From NCBI RefSeq assembly GCF_001194135.2, contig NC_068988.1, forward strand, positions 18,531,314 through 18,595,313: a stretch of DNA of 64,000 nucleotides. The letters run 5' to 3'. The translations under genes were made by a program, and so were the position numbers. Positions 24,607 to 37,588 of this stretch are shown piece after piece; the first letter of the stretch is position 1; every line of letters starts with the position of its first letter. The DNA is from Octopus bimaculoides (lineage: Eukaryota). Below the pieces are notes generated by a model, which was not told the DNA's origin, made no database searches, and worked only from the letters and a program-made list of their open reading frames with translations.

Positions 24607-25879
24607 NNNNNNNNNNNNNNNNNNNNNNNNNNNNNNNNNNNNNNNNNNNNNNNNNNNNNNNNNNNNNNNNNNNNNNNNNNNNNNNNNNNNNNNNNNNNNN
24701 NNNNNNNNNNNNNNNNNNNNNNNNNNNNNNNNNNNNNNNNNNNNNNNNNNNNNNNNNNNNNNNNNNNNNNNNNNNNNNNNNNNNNNNNNNNNNNNNNNNN
24801 NNNNNNNNNNNNNNNNNNNNNNNNNNNNNNNNNNNNNNNNNNNNNNNNNNNNNNNNNNNNNNNNNNNNNNNNNNNNNNNNNNNNNNNNNNNNNNNNNNNN
24901 NNNNNNNNNNNNNNNNNNNNNNNNNNNNNNNNNNNNNNNNNNNNNNNNNNNNNNNNNNNNNNNNNNNNNNNNNNNNNNNNNNNNNNNNNNNNNNNNNNNN
25001 NNNNNNNNNNNNNNNNNNNNNNNNNNNNNNNNNNNNNNNNNNNNNNNNNNNNNNNNNNNNNNNNNNNNNNNNNNNNNNNNNNNNNNNNNNNNNNNNNNNN
25101 NNNNNNNNNNNNNNNNNNNNNNNNNNNNNNNNNNNNNNNNNNNNNNNNNNNNNNNNNNNNNNNNNNNNNNNNNNNNNNNNNNNNNNNNNNNNNNNNNNNN
25201 NNNNNNNNNNNNNNNNNNNNNNNNNNNNNNNNNNNNNNNNNNNNNNNNNNNNNNNNNNNNNNNNNNNNNNNNNNNNNNNNNNNNNNNNNNNNNNNNNNNN
25301 NNNNNNNNNNNNNNNNNNNNNNNNNNNNNNNNNNNNNNNNNNNNNNNNNNNNNNNNNNNNNNNNNNNNNNNNNNNNNNNNNNNNNNNNNNNNNNNNNNNN
25401 NNNNNNNNNNNNNNNNNNNNNNNNNNNNNNNNNNNNNNNNNNNNNNNNNNNNNNNNNNNNNNNNNNNNNNNNNNNNNNNNNNNNNNNNNNNNNNNNNNNN
25501 TATATATATATATATATATATAAAATTTACTTGGAGACAGTGCGTGGCATTCGATCATATAATAACATAAATAATATATAATTATATGTATATGTCCATA
25601 CATATATGTACATACCTACATCTATATGTATGCATACATGCATATATGGGTACAGGACATCACAAGAAACGTTAAACACAATGAGACTACCAAATTACAC
25701 AGGAAACTTGTAAGTAAAGGCATTTTTTCCTTTTCCTCCCCATGTAAGAAGACATTATAATAGAACAGTGTCAACCACTTAAACAGATTTAGCAGAGAAA
25801 TATAGTAGTAGTAGTAGTGGTTGTGGTGGTAGTGGTCATCGTCGTCATCGTAGTAGTAGTGGCAGCAGCAGCAGTTATC

Positions 25880-26075
25880 CTTTCTACTATAGGCACAAGA
25901 ACCTGAAATTTTGGTGCAAGGGGTCTAGTCAATTACATTGACCCCCAATTCTTAACTGGTACTTATTTCATTGACCCAAAAGGATGAAAAGCAAAGCTGA
26001 CTTCGGCAGAATTTGAACTCAGAATACTTTTAAGTATTTTGTCCGGCATGCAAACAGTTCTGCCTGCCCAACGCC
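25880..26075 (-). mobile_element. SINE family B
   Basis: Reverse complement of the family B body and head (ctgagttcaaattctgccgaagtcagctttgc). Confidence 0.75.
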
Positions 26076-26175
26076 TTAATCCTTTAGCATTTAATCCAGC
26101 TATATCTGACCCAAAAATTCTACTTGTTTAATATTAAAACTGATTGGCTCCAACCTCTCACACCTACCCTGCAAT

Positions 26176-26660
26176 CATCATCATCGTTTAATGTCCGCTT
26201 TCCATGCTAGCATAGGTTGGACGATTTGACTGAGGACTGGCGAACCAGATGGCTACACCAGGCTCCAATCTGATTTGGCAGAGTTTCTACAGCTGGATGC
26301 CCTTTCTAACGCCAACCCCTATGAGAGTGTAGTGGGTGCTTTTACGTGCCACTGGCACGAAGGCCGGTCAGGCGGTACTGGCAATGGCCACGCTCAAAAT
26401 GGTGTATTTTACGTGCCACCTGCACAGGAGCCAGTCCAGTGGCACTGGCACAATTTCGCTCAAATGTCTTTACACATTCCACCGGCACAAGCGCCAGGAA
26501 AGCAACGCTGGGTACAAGTGCCATCACGATTTCGCTTTCGCTTGCCCCAACAGGTCTTCACAAGCCAAGTTTCGTGTCCTGAATAGGAGCCAGTCCAGCG
26601 GCACTGGCAACGATCTCACTCGAATGTCTTTACACATGCCACCGACACAAGTGCCAGGAA
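26176..26660 (-). mobile_element. RTE LINE 3' UTR fragment
   Basis: (CAT)n start, conserved terminus and subrepeats. Confidence 0.85.
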
Positions 26661-26779
26661 GGTGATTCTAATACTATACAAACACATAATTGAAATCTTA
26701 AAGCTACAAGATAACGCACGATCAATTCAAAACAATGTGAATTAATAAGCATCGATTTTGACAGAGTATTTGAATGTTA

Positions 26780-27012
26780 AAGGATTAGTACTGGTTTCAA
26801 AATTTGGCATAAGGCCAGCAACTTCAGGGTGGGGGTGAGTTGGTTATATCAACCCCAGTGGTCCACGGGTACTTATTTACTTATTTTATCAACCCTGAAA
26901 GAGTGAAAGAAAGTTGACCTCGGCAGAATTCAAACTCAGAGTGCAAAGTCGGTAGAGAAGCTGTTAAGCATTTTATCTTCTGTGCTAATGATTCTGCCAG
27001 CTTCCCACCTTA
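26780..27012 (-). mobile_element. SINE family B
   Basis: ctgagtttgaattctgccgaggtcaactttc on the minus strand. Confidence 0.7.
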
Positions 27013-27788
27013 GCAATGACACCGATGACACTGCCACCAATGCTGATGAACCTAATCAAGGAGATCCATGATAAAAGACTTTTCAGGTTTATCCATTCCA
27101 TCTTTTTTCAAGGACTTCTTCAGTCAAGGTGTCCATTTTAAAGATGTGGCATTGATTTTAGGGAGATTCAGCTACCATTCCTAGCAAGCCAAACGATTGT
27201 GTAGAGGTTCTCTCATTGCCATGTTAAAGGAAAGAAATATTTTTTTTTATTTCTTTGCTGCTACTGCTACTACTGCTGCTATTATTCTTGTTTAACCCCA
27301 GTTAAGCTGACTTAGCAGGCCTATAATCAAGGACATTGAAAACTTGTTGCAGTGACCATCCCATTTTTTTTTTTACCTAGAACCACTTTATCCAACATGT
27401 CCTTTTTCGTTCCTAAGACTATAATGTGTGATTTGAGAGAGATTTAGTTACTCTTTCTAGCCACGTCAAATGGTTGCATAGAATTTCCCCATTAGAGGAA
27501 TAGCAATTCAATAATGTAATATTAAAACCTTCGTTTAGAGCATCAGTAATGTTAATGAAATGGTCCTGGCTTGGGAAAAAGAAAATTATTAACTTAAATC
27601 ATAATCTCTAATCCCAAAGAACTAATCTACTGATTAGGCTAACTTTATTCTTTATATTTTCTCTTCCTATCTTCTATCTTCTTTCATATACCAGCTACAG
27701 TGCTTGTTATATACATGCATACATTCATACATACATATATATATATATATGNNNNNNNNNNNNNNNNNNNNNNNNNNNNNNNNNNNNN

Positions 27789-27850
<62 letters not shown>

Positions 27851-28329
27851 CCATATATGTATGTACATCTTTCTTTTTTTTGCAATGAGATCAGCAAACA
27901 TGTTTCTAAACAGCAGAAATATGCTTCCCAAGATGCTAACTGAATTAATAAGAGGTCAAAATTAAGCTATTTACATTCCAAACTGTCTCAAACAGAGATT
28001 TTTGATACGAGCTATGCATCATAATTCTGTTGTAATCATCATCAATATCTTCCTTATCATTGTTTTCTCAATATCCATGCTTCCATACTGCCAAGGGTAT
28101 ACTATGATCTGCCTAATTCCAGCAGAATCCGCTACTTAGTTCTTCAGTAAAGCAAATCAATAATGCATATCAGAGCGTCTTGCAGTGGTTTTTCAAGAAA
28201 TGTTGAAGTTTTATTGAGACTGGTGTCTTTCTAGCATCAGAAAATTTGGTTTCTTATAGGGTTTCGTGTTCTAGAGCAGAGAATTTGGTAATAAATCAAT
28301 AAAATTTCTTCTCTTCGAGATGTAGGCAT

Positions 28330-28560
28330 ATAGATATTTAACAGCAAAAATTTATGAGGTTGATAATTAGTAAGTACCTCTTGCTTTCACTGGATTTACT
28401 AAAAGCAATTACATAAATTCCACTCAGAAATTTCGATGTATTTGTATCCCTAAGCTTAATCCCTTTTTCTCCCACCGAATTAATCAATGACCTAAGCATC
28501 AAATTTATTAACAGCGCCACCAATGGCTATCTTTGGATAAAAAGAAATCATATTTTAGTT
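28330..28560 (-). pseudogene. Possible degenerate non-LTR reverse transcriptase fragment (R2/NeSL-like)
   Basis: Q(G)DPL-like codons followed by VALLINLMLRSLINSVGEKGIKLRDTN resemble QGDPLSPLLFNL..G..L. The YADD-type motif is lost. Confidence 0.3.
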
Positions 28561-29087
28561 TTCTGTTGGGAAAATAGATTCAAGTCTTGTTTCACAATCC
28601 AATAACTGAAGCAATGGAAATCATCAAATCATTGACATGCTCAAATGATTAAGAAGTTGTCTTTTCAGTCACCAAGTCCCAGGTTCATTCCCACTGCTCA
28701 GCATCTTGGGTAAGCGCCTTTGATCATTGCCTTGGATCAATAAAGCCTTGTGAGGGAAACTGAGCAGACACATACTACAAAGGAGGGTCGTCCAATAGAC
28801 AATCATACCTTTAATTCAATGATGCAATCTTGTCACATACATATTATGTTATACTGATCCTGCCTGAGGATTACGTTAAAGGTACATGTGATTATGGAAT
28901 ACTCAACCTCTTATATGCTAATTCAGTAACCAGGTGATACAGTTGATCAATTGCATTTGGTAGGGTCAACAGAGAAGCCATGTTATATATATTGTTGAAC
29001 TACAACATTCCAGCTAAGATTATCAGTCATCATCATCGTCATTTAATGTCCGTTTTCCATGCTGGCATGGGTTGGATGGATGGAGAA

Positions 29088-29364
29088 GGCATGTGGCTTA
29101 GTGGTTAGGGCATTCGGCTCATGATTATAAGGTCATGAGTTCAATTCCTGATGACGCATTGTGTCCTTGAGCAATTGCTCCAGTCCACTCAGCTGGCAAA
29201 AATGAGTAGTACCTGTATTTCAAAGGGCCGAAGTCTCCCTGAGAACTACGTTAGGGGTACACGTTTCTGTGGAGTGCTCAGTCACTTGCATGCTAATTTC
29301 ACAAGCAAGCTGTTCCGTTGATCGGATCAGCTGGGACCCTCGAAGTCGTAACCAACGGAGTGCT
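29088..29364 (+). mobile_element. SINE family D inserted in an RTE 3' terminus
   Basis: Head gtggcttagtggttaggg..gagttcaattcc. TGGGTTGG occurs on both flanks. Confidence 0.8.
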
Positions 29365-29815
29365 CCTGGGTTGGGCAGTGTGACCAGGGCTGGCAAGCTG
29401 GGGAGCTGCACCAGACCCCAGTTTATTTAGCATGATTTCTACAGCTGGATGCCCTTCCTAACACCAACTACTTTACAGTACAGAGTGCTCTTAAGTGGTG
29501 CTGCACGGGTGTTTCTAAGTGACACCACACACGTGCCTTTTATGTAGCATGGCATGGGCACTTTTACGCGGCACTGTATAGGTGCTTTTACATGGTACTA
29601 CCACAAGTGCGTTTCACTACCAGAGGGACCAGTCTTAACACTTCTGCTGTGGAGTACAGGTCTTCTGCTTACAAGTCTTAACACTTCTACTGTGGAGTAC
29701 AGCAAGGTGCCAGGTATCTCGGTCCTTTGTCATATCACCTGAAAGGTTTAATGTCCTGAGGTCATTCTTCAGTGCTTCATCCCACGTCTTCCTGGGCCTC
29801 CCACTTCCACATACT
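29365..29815 (-). mobile_element. RTE LINE (divergent subfamily) ORF end plus 3' UTR; its tail continues at 29030-29080
   Basis: Minus strand reads GSGRPRKTWDEALKNDLRTLNLSGDMTKDRDTW. Confidence 0.75.
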
Positions 29816-29821
29816 TTTTGA

Positions 29822-30045
29822 GTGTGGCCGTTGCCAGTACCGTGTGACTGGCCCTCGTGCCGGTGGCACGTAAAAGCACCCTCTACACTCTCGGGGTGGT
29901 TGGCATTAGGAAGGGCATCCAGCTGTAGAAACTCTGCCAGATCAGATTGGAGCCTGGTGCAGCCTTCTGGTTTGCCAGTCCTTAGTCAAATCGTCCAACC
30001 CATGCTAGCATGGAAAGTGGACGTTAAATGATGATGATGATGAAT
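29822..30045 (+). mobile_element. RTE LINE 3' UTR fragment
   Basis: Conserved terminus and (GAT)n tail. Confidence 0.85.
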
Positions 30046-30518
30046 ATATATATAAGATCGCAGCCATCTATGCACGTAGGCATGTCCTTTATGGTCATGC
30101 CCCCTCTCCCTCTTGTAGCTGAAAAGTCTTTGTCTTGCAGATGCCAGTGCCAGAATGGAAAACGAACATTAAACAATGATAACGATGATGATGATGTATG
30201 TCTGTATGTATATATGTATGACTGCTTGTATGTATGTTTACATGTTTGTGTGTGTCTGTGTGATCGTATGAACAGGCATACCTCAACTTACATTGTTTCG
30301 AGTTTTAGACTTTATGTTGTTTTTGTTACAAATTAAGAAAAAAAAAAAAATTTTTTTTTAATTAAAACAAAATAAACCTTAACTTCGGTCTCAGTGAACA
30401 TATTTAAAAGCATAAAAATATTTTAAAAACTCTTAAAAACCAATACTGAAGTGGAAAATCAAATAAAATATATGTGAAAATATTTACAAACCATTTATTA
30501 GAACAGAAATAAGCTATA

Positions 30519-31092
30519 GGCGTAGGAGTGGCTGTGTGGTAAGAAGCTTGCTTACCAACCACATGGTTCCAGGTTCAGTCCCACTGCGTGGCACCTTGGG
30601 CAAGTGTCTTCTACTATAGCCTTGGGCCGACCAAAGCCTTGCGAGTGGATTTGGTAGACGGAAACTGAAAGAAGCCTGTCGTATATATGTATATATATAT
30701 ATATATATATNNNNNNNNNNNNNNNNNNNNNNNNNNNNNNNNNNNNNNNNNNNNNNNNNNNNNNNNNNNNNNNNNNNNNNNNNNNNNNNNNNNNNNNNNN
30801 NNNNNNNNNNNNNNNNNNNNNNNNNNNNNNNNNNNNNNNNNNNNNNNNNNNNNNNNNNNNNNNNNNNNNNNNNNNNNNNNNNNNNNNNNNNNNNNNNNNN
30901 NNNNNNNNNNNNNNNNNNNNNNNNNNNNNNNNNNNNNNNNNNNNNNNNNNNNNNNNNNNNNNNNNNNNNNNNNNNNNNNNNNNNNNNNNNNNNNNNNNNN
31001 NNNNNNNNNNNNNNNNNNNNNNNNNNNNNNNNNNNNNNNNNNNNNNNNNNNNNNNNNNNNATTAAATTTGTATACACAAATTAAACCTTGCC

Positions 31093-31149
<57 letters not shown>

Positions 31150-31300
31150 AGTGTCTGTGTTTGTCCCCTCAACATTGCTTGACAACCGATGCTGGTGTGT
31201 TTACGTCCCCGTAACTTAGCGGATCGGCCAAAAAAAACCGATAGAATAAGTACTAGGCTTACAAATAAGCGATAGAATAGTATATGCTCCAGCATGGCCA
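30519..31300 (+). mobile_element. Composite family A SINE spanning an N gap at its internal microsatellite
   Basis: Head ggcgtaggagtggctgtgtgg..ggttcagtccc..ccttgggcaagtg lies before the gap; the 3' domain lies after it. Confidence 0.8.
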
Positions 31301-31303
31301 CAG

Positions 31304-31339
<36 letters not shown>

Positions 31340-31682
31340 CACACACACACACACTCATATATATATGCGTGTGGCTCTTTCTAACAAATACGTTGAGTCC
31401 ATTTCTGCCATAGATGATACCTCAATGGCTTCAACAACGTAAATAAAAGTAAAACTGTTCGAGTTACGTCCCTTTTTTTTTTTCTTGTTCAGGCTTTATT
31501 GGTCTGATTAAAAAAAAAAAAAAAAAATGAATTATCAATTTAAATTATATGCAGGCATGCTATCTTCCCTTTCTTCTTCTGCAATTTATCGATTATCAAG
31601 CATTGATATATATATATTTATATCACAATCATCGTCATCATCATTATTCAACGTCCGTTTTCCTTGCTGGTATGGGTTAGAC

Positions 31683-32031
31683 CAGTGGTTCTCAACGGGA
31701 GTCCAAATGACTTTTGAGGAACCATACAAGATTGTTGTGGGTTCATGTAACAAGATAGTAAATTGGGTATACAGAATAGTATTTGAAGGGCCCCTGAAAA
31801 TAAATTGCCTTAGACGTATGCATTGATATGTTTAGCAAGAAACAGTTGGTTTCTTTCTCTAATGCTTTACATAGTTCAACCTACACAAGTTAATGTGTGA
31901 ATAACAAAATAGGAATTTTGAAAGAAGCGTCCATAAAACTAGCTTTAAAACATCGAATAGCAATAGAGGTTCCATCACAATAAAATAGTAATCAAAGGTG
32001 TCCATAGATAAAAAATGGTTGAGAACCTCTG
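31683..32031. mobile_element. hAT-type MITE (349 bp)
   Basis: TIRs CAGTGGTTCTCAAC / GTTGAGAACCTCTG. 8-bp TSD GGTTAGAC (31675-31682) / GGTTAGAT (32032-32039). A related end lies at about 48350-48452. Confidence 0.85.
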
Positions 32032-32124
32032 GGTTAGATGGTTTTTACCAGAGCTGGAGAGCTGCACAAAGCACCAGCCTGTTTTGATTTGTTTCTCATA
32101 GACTATAGGCGTAATTCTCATAGA

Positions 32125-32461
32125 CTATAGGTGCAGGAGTGGCTGTGTGGTAAGTAGTTTGCATACCAACCACATGGTTTCGGGTTCAGTCCCACTGCGT
32201 GGCACCTTGAGCAAGTGTCTTCTACTATAGCCTCGGGCCGACCAAAGCCTTGTGAGTGGATTTGGTAGACAAAAACTGAAAGGAGCCCGTCGTATATATC
32301 ATCATCATCATCATCATCGTTTAACGTCCGCTTTCCATGCTAGCATGGGTTGGACGATTTGACTGAGGACTGGTGAAACCGGATGGCAACACCAGGCTCC
32401 AGTCTGATTTGGCAGAGTTTCTACAGCTGGATGCCCTTCCTAACGCCAACCACTCAGAGAG
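32125..32461. mobile_element. Family A SINE head (plus) followed by an RTE 3' end (minus)
   Basis: Recognisable family motifs, with the junction at about 32298. Confidence 0.8.
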
Positions 32462-33263
32462 TATGTATGTGTGTCTGTGTTTGTCCCTTCCACACACCAC
32501 TTGATAACCGATGCTTGTNNNNNNNNNNNNNNNNNNNNNNNNNNNNNNNNNNNNNNNNNNNNNNNNNNNNNNNNNNNNNNNNNNNNNNNNNNNNNNNNNN
32601 NNNNNNNNNNNNNNNNNNNNNNNNNNNNNNNNNNNNNNNNNNNNNNNNNNNNNNNNNNNNNNNNNNNNNNNNNNNNNNNNNNNNNNNNNNNNNNNNNNNN
32701 NNNNNNNNNNNNNNNNNNNNNNNNNNNNNNNNNNNNNNNNNNNNNNNNNNNNNNNNNNNNNNNNNNNNNNNNNNNNNNNNNNNNNNNNNNNNNNNNNNNN
32801 NNNNNNNNNNNNNNNNNNNNNNNNNNNNNNNNNNNNNNNNNNNNNNNNNNNNNNNNNNNNNNNNNNNNNNNNNNNNNNNNNNNNNNNNNNNNNNNNNNNN
32901 NNNNNNNNNNNNNNNNNNNNNNNNNNNNNNNNNNNNNNNNNNNNNNNNNNNNNNNNNNNNNNNNNNNNNNNNNNNNNNNNNNNNNNNNNNNNNNNNNNNN
33001 NNNNNNNNNNNNNNNNNNNNNNNNNNNNNNNNNNNNNNNNNNNNNNNNNNNNNNNNNNNNNNNNNNNNNNNNNNNNNNNNNNNNNNNNNNNNNNNNNNNN
33101 NNNNNNNNNNNNNNNNNNNNNNNNNNNNNNNNNNNNNNNNNNNNNNNNNNNNNNNNNNNNNNNNNNNNNNNNNNNNNNNNNNNNNNNNNNNNNNNNNNNN
33201 NNNNNNNNNNNNNNNNNNNNNNNNNNNNNNNNNNNNNNNNNNNNNNNNNNNNNNNNNNNNNNN

Positions 33264-33630
33264 TTTCGTGCGGGTGACACGTAAAAGCACCCACTACACT
33301 CTCTGAGTGGTTGGCGTTAGGAAGGGCATCCAGCTGTAGAAACTCTGCCAAATCAGACTGGAGCCTGGTGTTGCCATCCGGTTTCACCAGTCCTCAGTCA
33401 AATCGTCCAACCCATGCTAGCATGGAAAGCGGACGTTAAACGATGATGATGATGATGATGATGATATATATGTATGTATATATACATACAACAAGCCTCT
33501 TTCAGTTTCCATCTACCAAACTCACTCACAAGGTTTTAGTTGGCCCAAGAAGGCTATACAGTTGAAGACACTTGCCCAAGGTATCATATTGTAGGACTGA
33601 ACCCAGAAACGTGTGGTTGGTAAACGACTA
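33264..33630. mobile_element. RTE 3' end (plus, to 33465) followed by a family A SINE 5' part (minus)
   Basis: Recognisable family motifs. Confidence 0.8.
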
Positions 33631-34949
33631 CATTTGTATATACAATTTTTTATATATTTATCCTTTTTTCAGAGTCTTCTTATGTAATGTTTCAGTAAGG
33701 GAATCTCCAAGGTTTACGTAGCTCAGATCCTTATCAACTCTAACTCCAGTACTGAGATAGGGAAAGCCCCAGTTAGAAAAATATTTCATACCAGAGGACG
33801 TTTATCTGCTGTATACCAGTTTATTCCTTGTGACCAGAGCTTATGTGTTTAACCTGGATATTAACATTCAACAATTTATTTATTTGTTTGTTTGTTTGTT
33901 TGTTTCATTCATTTGACTGTGGTCATGCTGGGTCACCTCCTTGAAGTATTTAATCAATCAAATCAACCCCAGTACATATTTTCCAAGTCTTGCACATATT
34001 CTCCTAACCTCATTTGCTGAACTACTAATTTACAAGGATATAAACAAACCAACACCAGACATTAGGCAGTGTTGGAGACAAACACAACACTAACACAGAC
34101 ACACATAGTTACACACACACATGGTGGCATACACACACACACGTGTTATCAATGAACAAAAGTTATGCCCAGTTCTTCAGTGTCCTTCCTCGTCCATTAT
34201 TTCCAATTTCTTCTAAGTTATAATGTGAAATATTAATTAAACTACATTCAAGGTACTTCCAGTTGAAAAATATTGATTTAAACATAGCCAGCTATAATTT
34301 TCATATTTAGTGGTTGTTTTCTTTCTTTTTCCTTTTTTTTTTTAATTTTTTCATTCAGTTTATGGACTTTGTGATTTCAGATTTTCCACTATGGCATTTT
34401 GTCCAAGAACAATACCAAATAGTCATTTCAATTTTCTCATCTTCAATATTTAATGACCAAAGAACACATAACAAGGAACAGAATTAAGTTACTCGACCAA
34501 CTTAATATCTATAATCCAACAGTAATTTTTAATAAAGAATTTTCTGAACAGTTAAAGGCTAAACTTGACTACATGATTGATAGCTTACTCAACACATTGA
34601 TTATATTCTAAGCAATTATTGATTTCATATTTTTGATTTTTTTTAATGCGCTTTTTAATAAGAGAATATTATTTAATCTTATAAGTCTATAATTAGATAG
34701 TAACTTGAGCTTCATGGTTGTGCCTGTAACATTATTGAAACACCTTGCTTTAATTATAGTTCACATAATTCCACAAAGCTAATGGATTAAGGTAAACATC
34801 TGAACTGTACTTAATGGTAGCAATGAATGTTAAACGATTAAATTGCGATTTGATAAATAATGCAGAGAATCACAGAGTAATTTTAAAATATGAAAATGGT
34901 GAATGTGTAAAAGAATATTTAGGTGGTCCTTGGTTTTAGGGAAATATAT

Positions 34950-35367
34950 CATTGGATTCGAAACTCGGCTTGCGAAGACCTGTTGGGGCAAGTGAAAGCA
35001 AAATCGTGATGGCACCTGTGCCCAGCGTCACCTTTCTGGCACTTGTGCCCGTGGCATGTGTAAGGACTTTCGAGCAAGATCGTTGCCAGTGCCACTGGAC
35101 TGGCTCTTGTGCGGGTGGCACGTAAAATACACCATTTTGAGCTTGGCCATTGCCAGTACCGCCTGACTGACCTTCATGCCGGTGGCACGTAAAAGCACCC
35201 ACTACACTCTCGGAGTGGTAGGCGTTAGGAAGGGCATCCAGCTGTAGAAATTCTGCCAGATCAGATTGGAGTCTGGTGCAGCCATCTGGCTCGTTAGTCC
35301 CCTGTCAAATTGTCCAACCCATGCTAGCATGGAAAGCGGACGTTAAATGATGATGATGATGATGATA
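34950..35367 (+). mobile_element. RTE LINE 3' UTR fragment
   Basis: Subrepeats, conserved terminus and (GAT)n tail. Confidence 0.85.
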
Positions 35368-35475
35368 TCTGTAGGACAAAAATGGAACTAAATAATCCAT
35401 TTCAAAAATAAATTCAAAATCAGTACTGAGTAATTTTTTTTTTTTTTTTCTGTTACTTCAAGCAGAAAAAGAAAA

Positions 35476-36110
35476 TTATTTTAAAAGCACGTGTATCACG
35501 AAGGTGTTTTTTATCCTTTTGAAGTATTCATTCTTCATCTTTTCCTTATTGAAAGGTCCATCATAGTTGACATTCGCATCCTGTTCAAAATATTTGTAAC
35601 TTTCCTCAGAGAGCAGAGGCAGTAATTCTAGATTGTTTATGCTTAATGTCATGGATGAAGGCACAAGTTTGCTACATTTTATCTCCAAAAATGCACATTT
35701 GAACTCACCAAGTTTCATTCCTTTGTCTTTGGAAAATTGAATTATGAGACCCAGTTCCTTTTTGAAGTGGTTAATATTTGGCTCGTGCAGCTGCTGGACA
35801 TCAACAAAGAAAAGGGTGAGAGATCGTATTGGATGCATTCCTGTGGCTATTGAGTTTGTGATTAGGTTATAGCAAGGGGTTTAGTGAGTGTACAACAAAC
35901 TGTACTGAGAAGCTATTGTCCTGGGGGATGGCTTTTTTGTAATGTATAGTATCAGATTTGATGTGTACATTGTCACCTCTAAAAAGTTAGGAGGTGTACC
36001 AATTTGGAGTATGGTGGTAGTTAGCAGTTACTAGTGATGGTGGTACTTTGGCTAATTGCAGTGCTTTTTGGTAGACCAGTCATAACATAGCCAAGTTTGT
36101 ACCCTTATTT
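35476..36110 (-). pseudogene. R4/Dong-type reverse transcriptase fragment
   Basis: Degenerate ..ALQLAKVPPSLVTA..AIPQDNSFSV.. followed by LTLFFVD..FSKDKGMKLGEFKCA..ESYKY..KMKNEYFKRIK, typical of R4-clade RT domains 4-7 and the thumb. Confidence 0.7.
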
Positions 36111-36989
36111 ATTGCTCTCTCTCTCTCTCTCTTGTATTATTTTGCTCACTAATAGATGCTCAACACACTCTAATATTTCCTTCTTTTCCCACAGCTTATT
36201 CTGGAGTTACATTATTGTTAGTGGTACATCTGTCTTCCAAACTGATATGGGTTGGATGGCTTGACAGGGGCTGGCAAGCCACAGAGCTGCACCAGGTTCC
36301 ACTGTCTGCTTTGGCATGGTTTCTATGGCTGGATGCTTTTCCTAACACCAACCACTTTACAAAATGTACTGGGTGCTTTTTATGTGGCACCAGCACTGGT
36401 GCTTTTCTACATACCAGTGGGGACACCAAGTAACTTGCAAGATGAAAATCTATCAGCTGGAACTATGGGAAGTAGCTTTGTGCCAGGTGAGAGGTTAGAA
36501 TATAATAGAGGAATAGAGATTGTTGTCTTATTATAGAGGAGATACTTGGCTACTCCAGTAGGACAAGAAAGAGAAGGAATGAAAGATAGAGTTAGAGAGA
36601 AAGAGAGAGAGAGAAAGAGTTGAGGATGCATCCGGACCAAATCACATCTAGCAGTGGAGAGTGAGTATAAGTGGTACAGAGGAAATAGAGGGACGTGTTC
36701 CATAAGGGTTTTGAAGGGAAGTATTTAGAGATGGGGGAAGAACTGTGTGCAAAACTTAACCAATTCCAGTTTTTTTCTTTTTGTTTTTTTGTTTCAAATA
36801 ACAAAGGCTGTAGTAGAATGTTATACTTTTCTGGAAGACAAAGATTAAACCTTCTGGAACCATTAAGGAACAGGAAACATGTATTATAATGGACGAAATG
36901 TCTTTTTGTAATAAAATATACAAGTTCTACTTTATGTGTTGAGTACATATTACTTCATTTGTAAACATATTCACCAGTTTATATTTGTA

Positions 36990-37205
36990 TACTCTTTACT
37001 CTTTTACTTATTTCAGTCATTTGACTGCGGCCATGCTGGAGCACCGCCTTTTAGTCGAGCAAATCGACCCCAGGACTTATTCTTTGTAAGCTTAGCACTT
37101 ATTCAATCAGTCTCTTTTTGCCGAACCGCTAAGTTAAGGGGACGTAAACACACCAGCATCGGTTGTCAAGCAATGTTGGGGGGACAAACACAGACACACA
37201 AACAT

Positions 37206-37236
<31 letters not shown>

Positions 37237-37407
37237 CATATATACAACGAGCTTCTTTCAGTTTCCGTCTACCAAATCTACTCACAAGGCTTTGGTCGGC
37301 CCGAGGCTATAGTAGAAGACACTTGCCCAAGGTGCCACACAGTGGGACTGAACCTGGAACTATGTGGTTGGTAAGCAAGCTACTTACCACACAGCCACTC
37401 CTACGCC
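36990..37407 (-). mobile_element. Full-length composite family A SINE
   Basis: tRNA-like head (A box TGGCTGTGTGG, B box GGTTCAGTCC), CORE-like GGCACCTTGGGCAAGTG, internal (TA)/(TG) tract, 3' domain and (AAAAGAGT)n tail. Confidence 0.9.
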
Positions 37408-37588
37408 TATATGTGTATATTTTTTCACTGTATTGTGTATTTGTTTCTTTTTGCATCTAATATTTGTTATTGGTCTTCTATAATAATGAAGCTGTATCTC
37501 TTAATTTGCTACTTTTGTATACACATAGCAAGAAGAAATTTTGTGGAACAGTCAAAATACATCTTAACGAAATACATCTTGTAATCAT

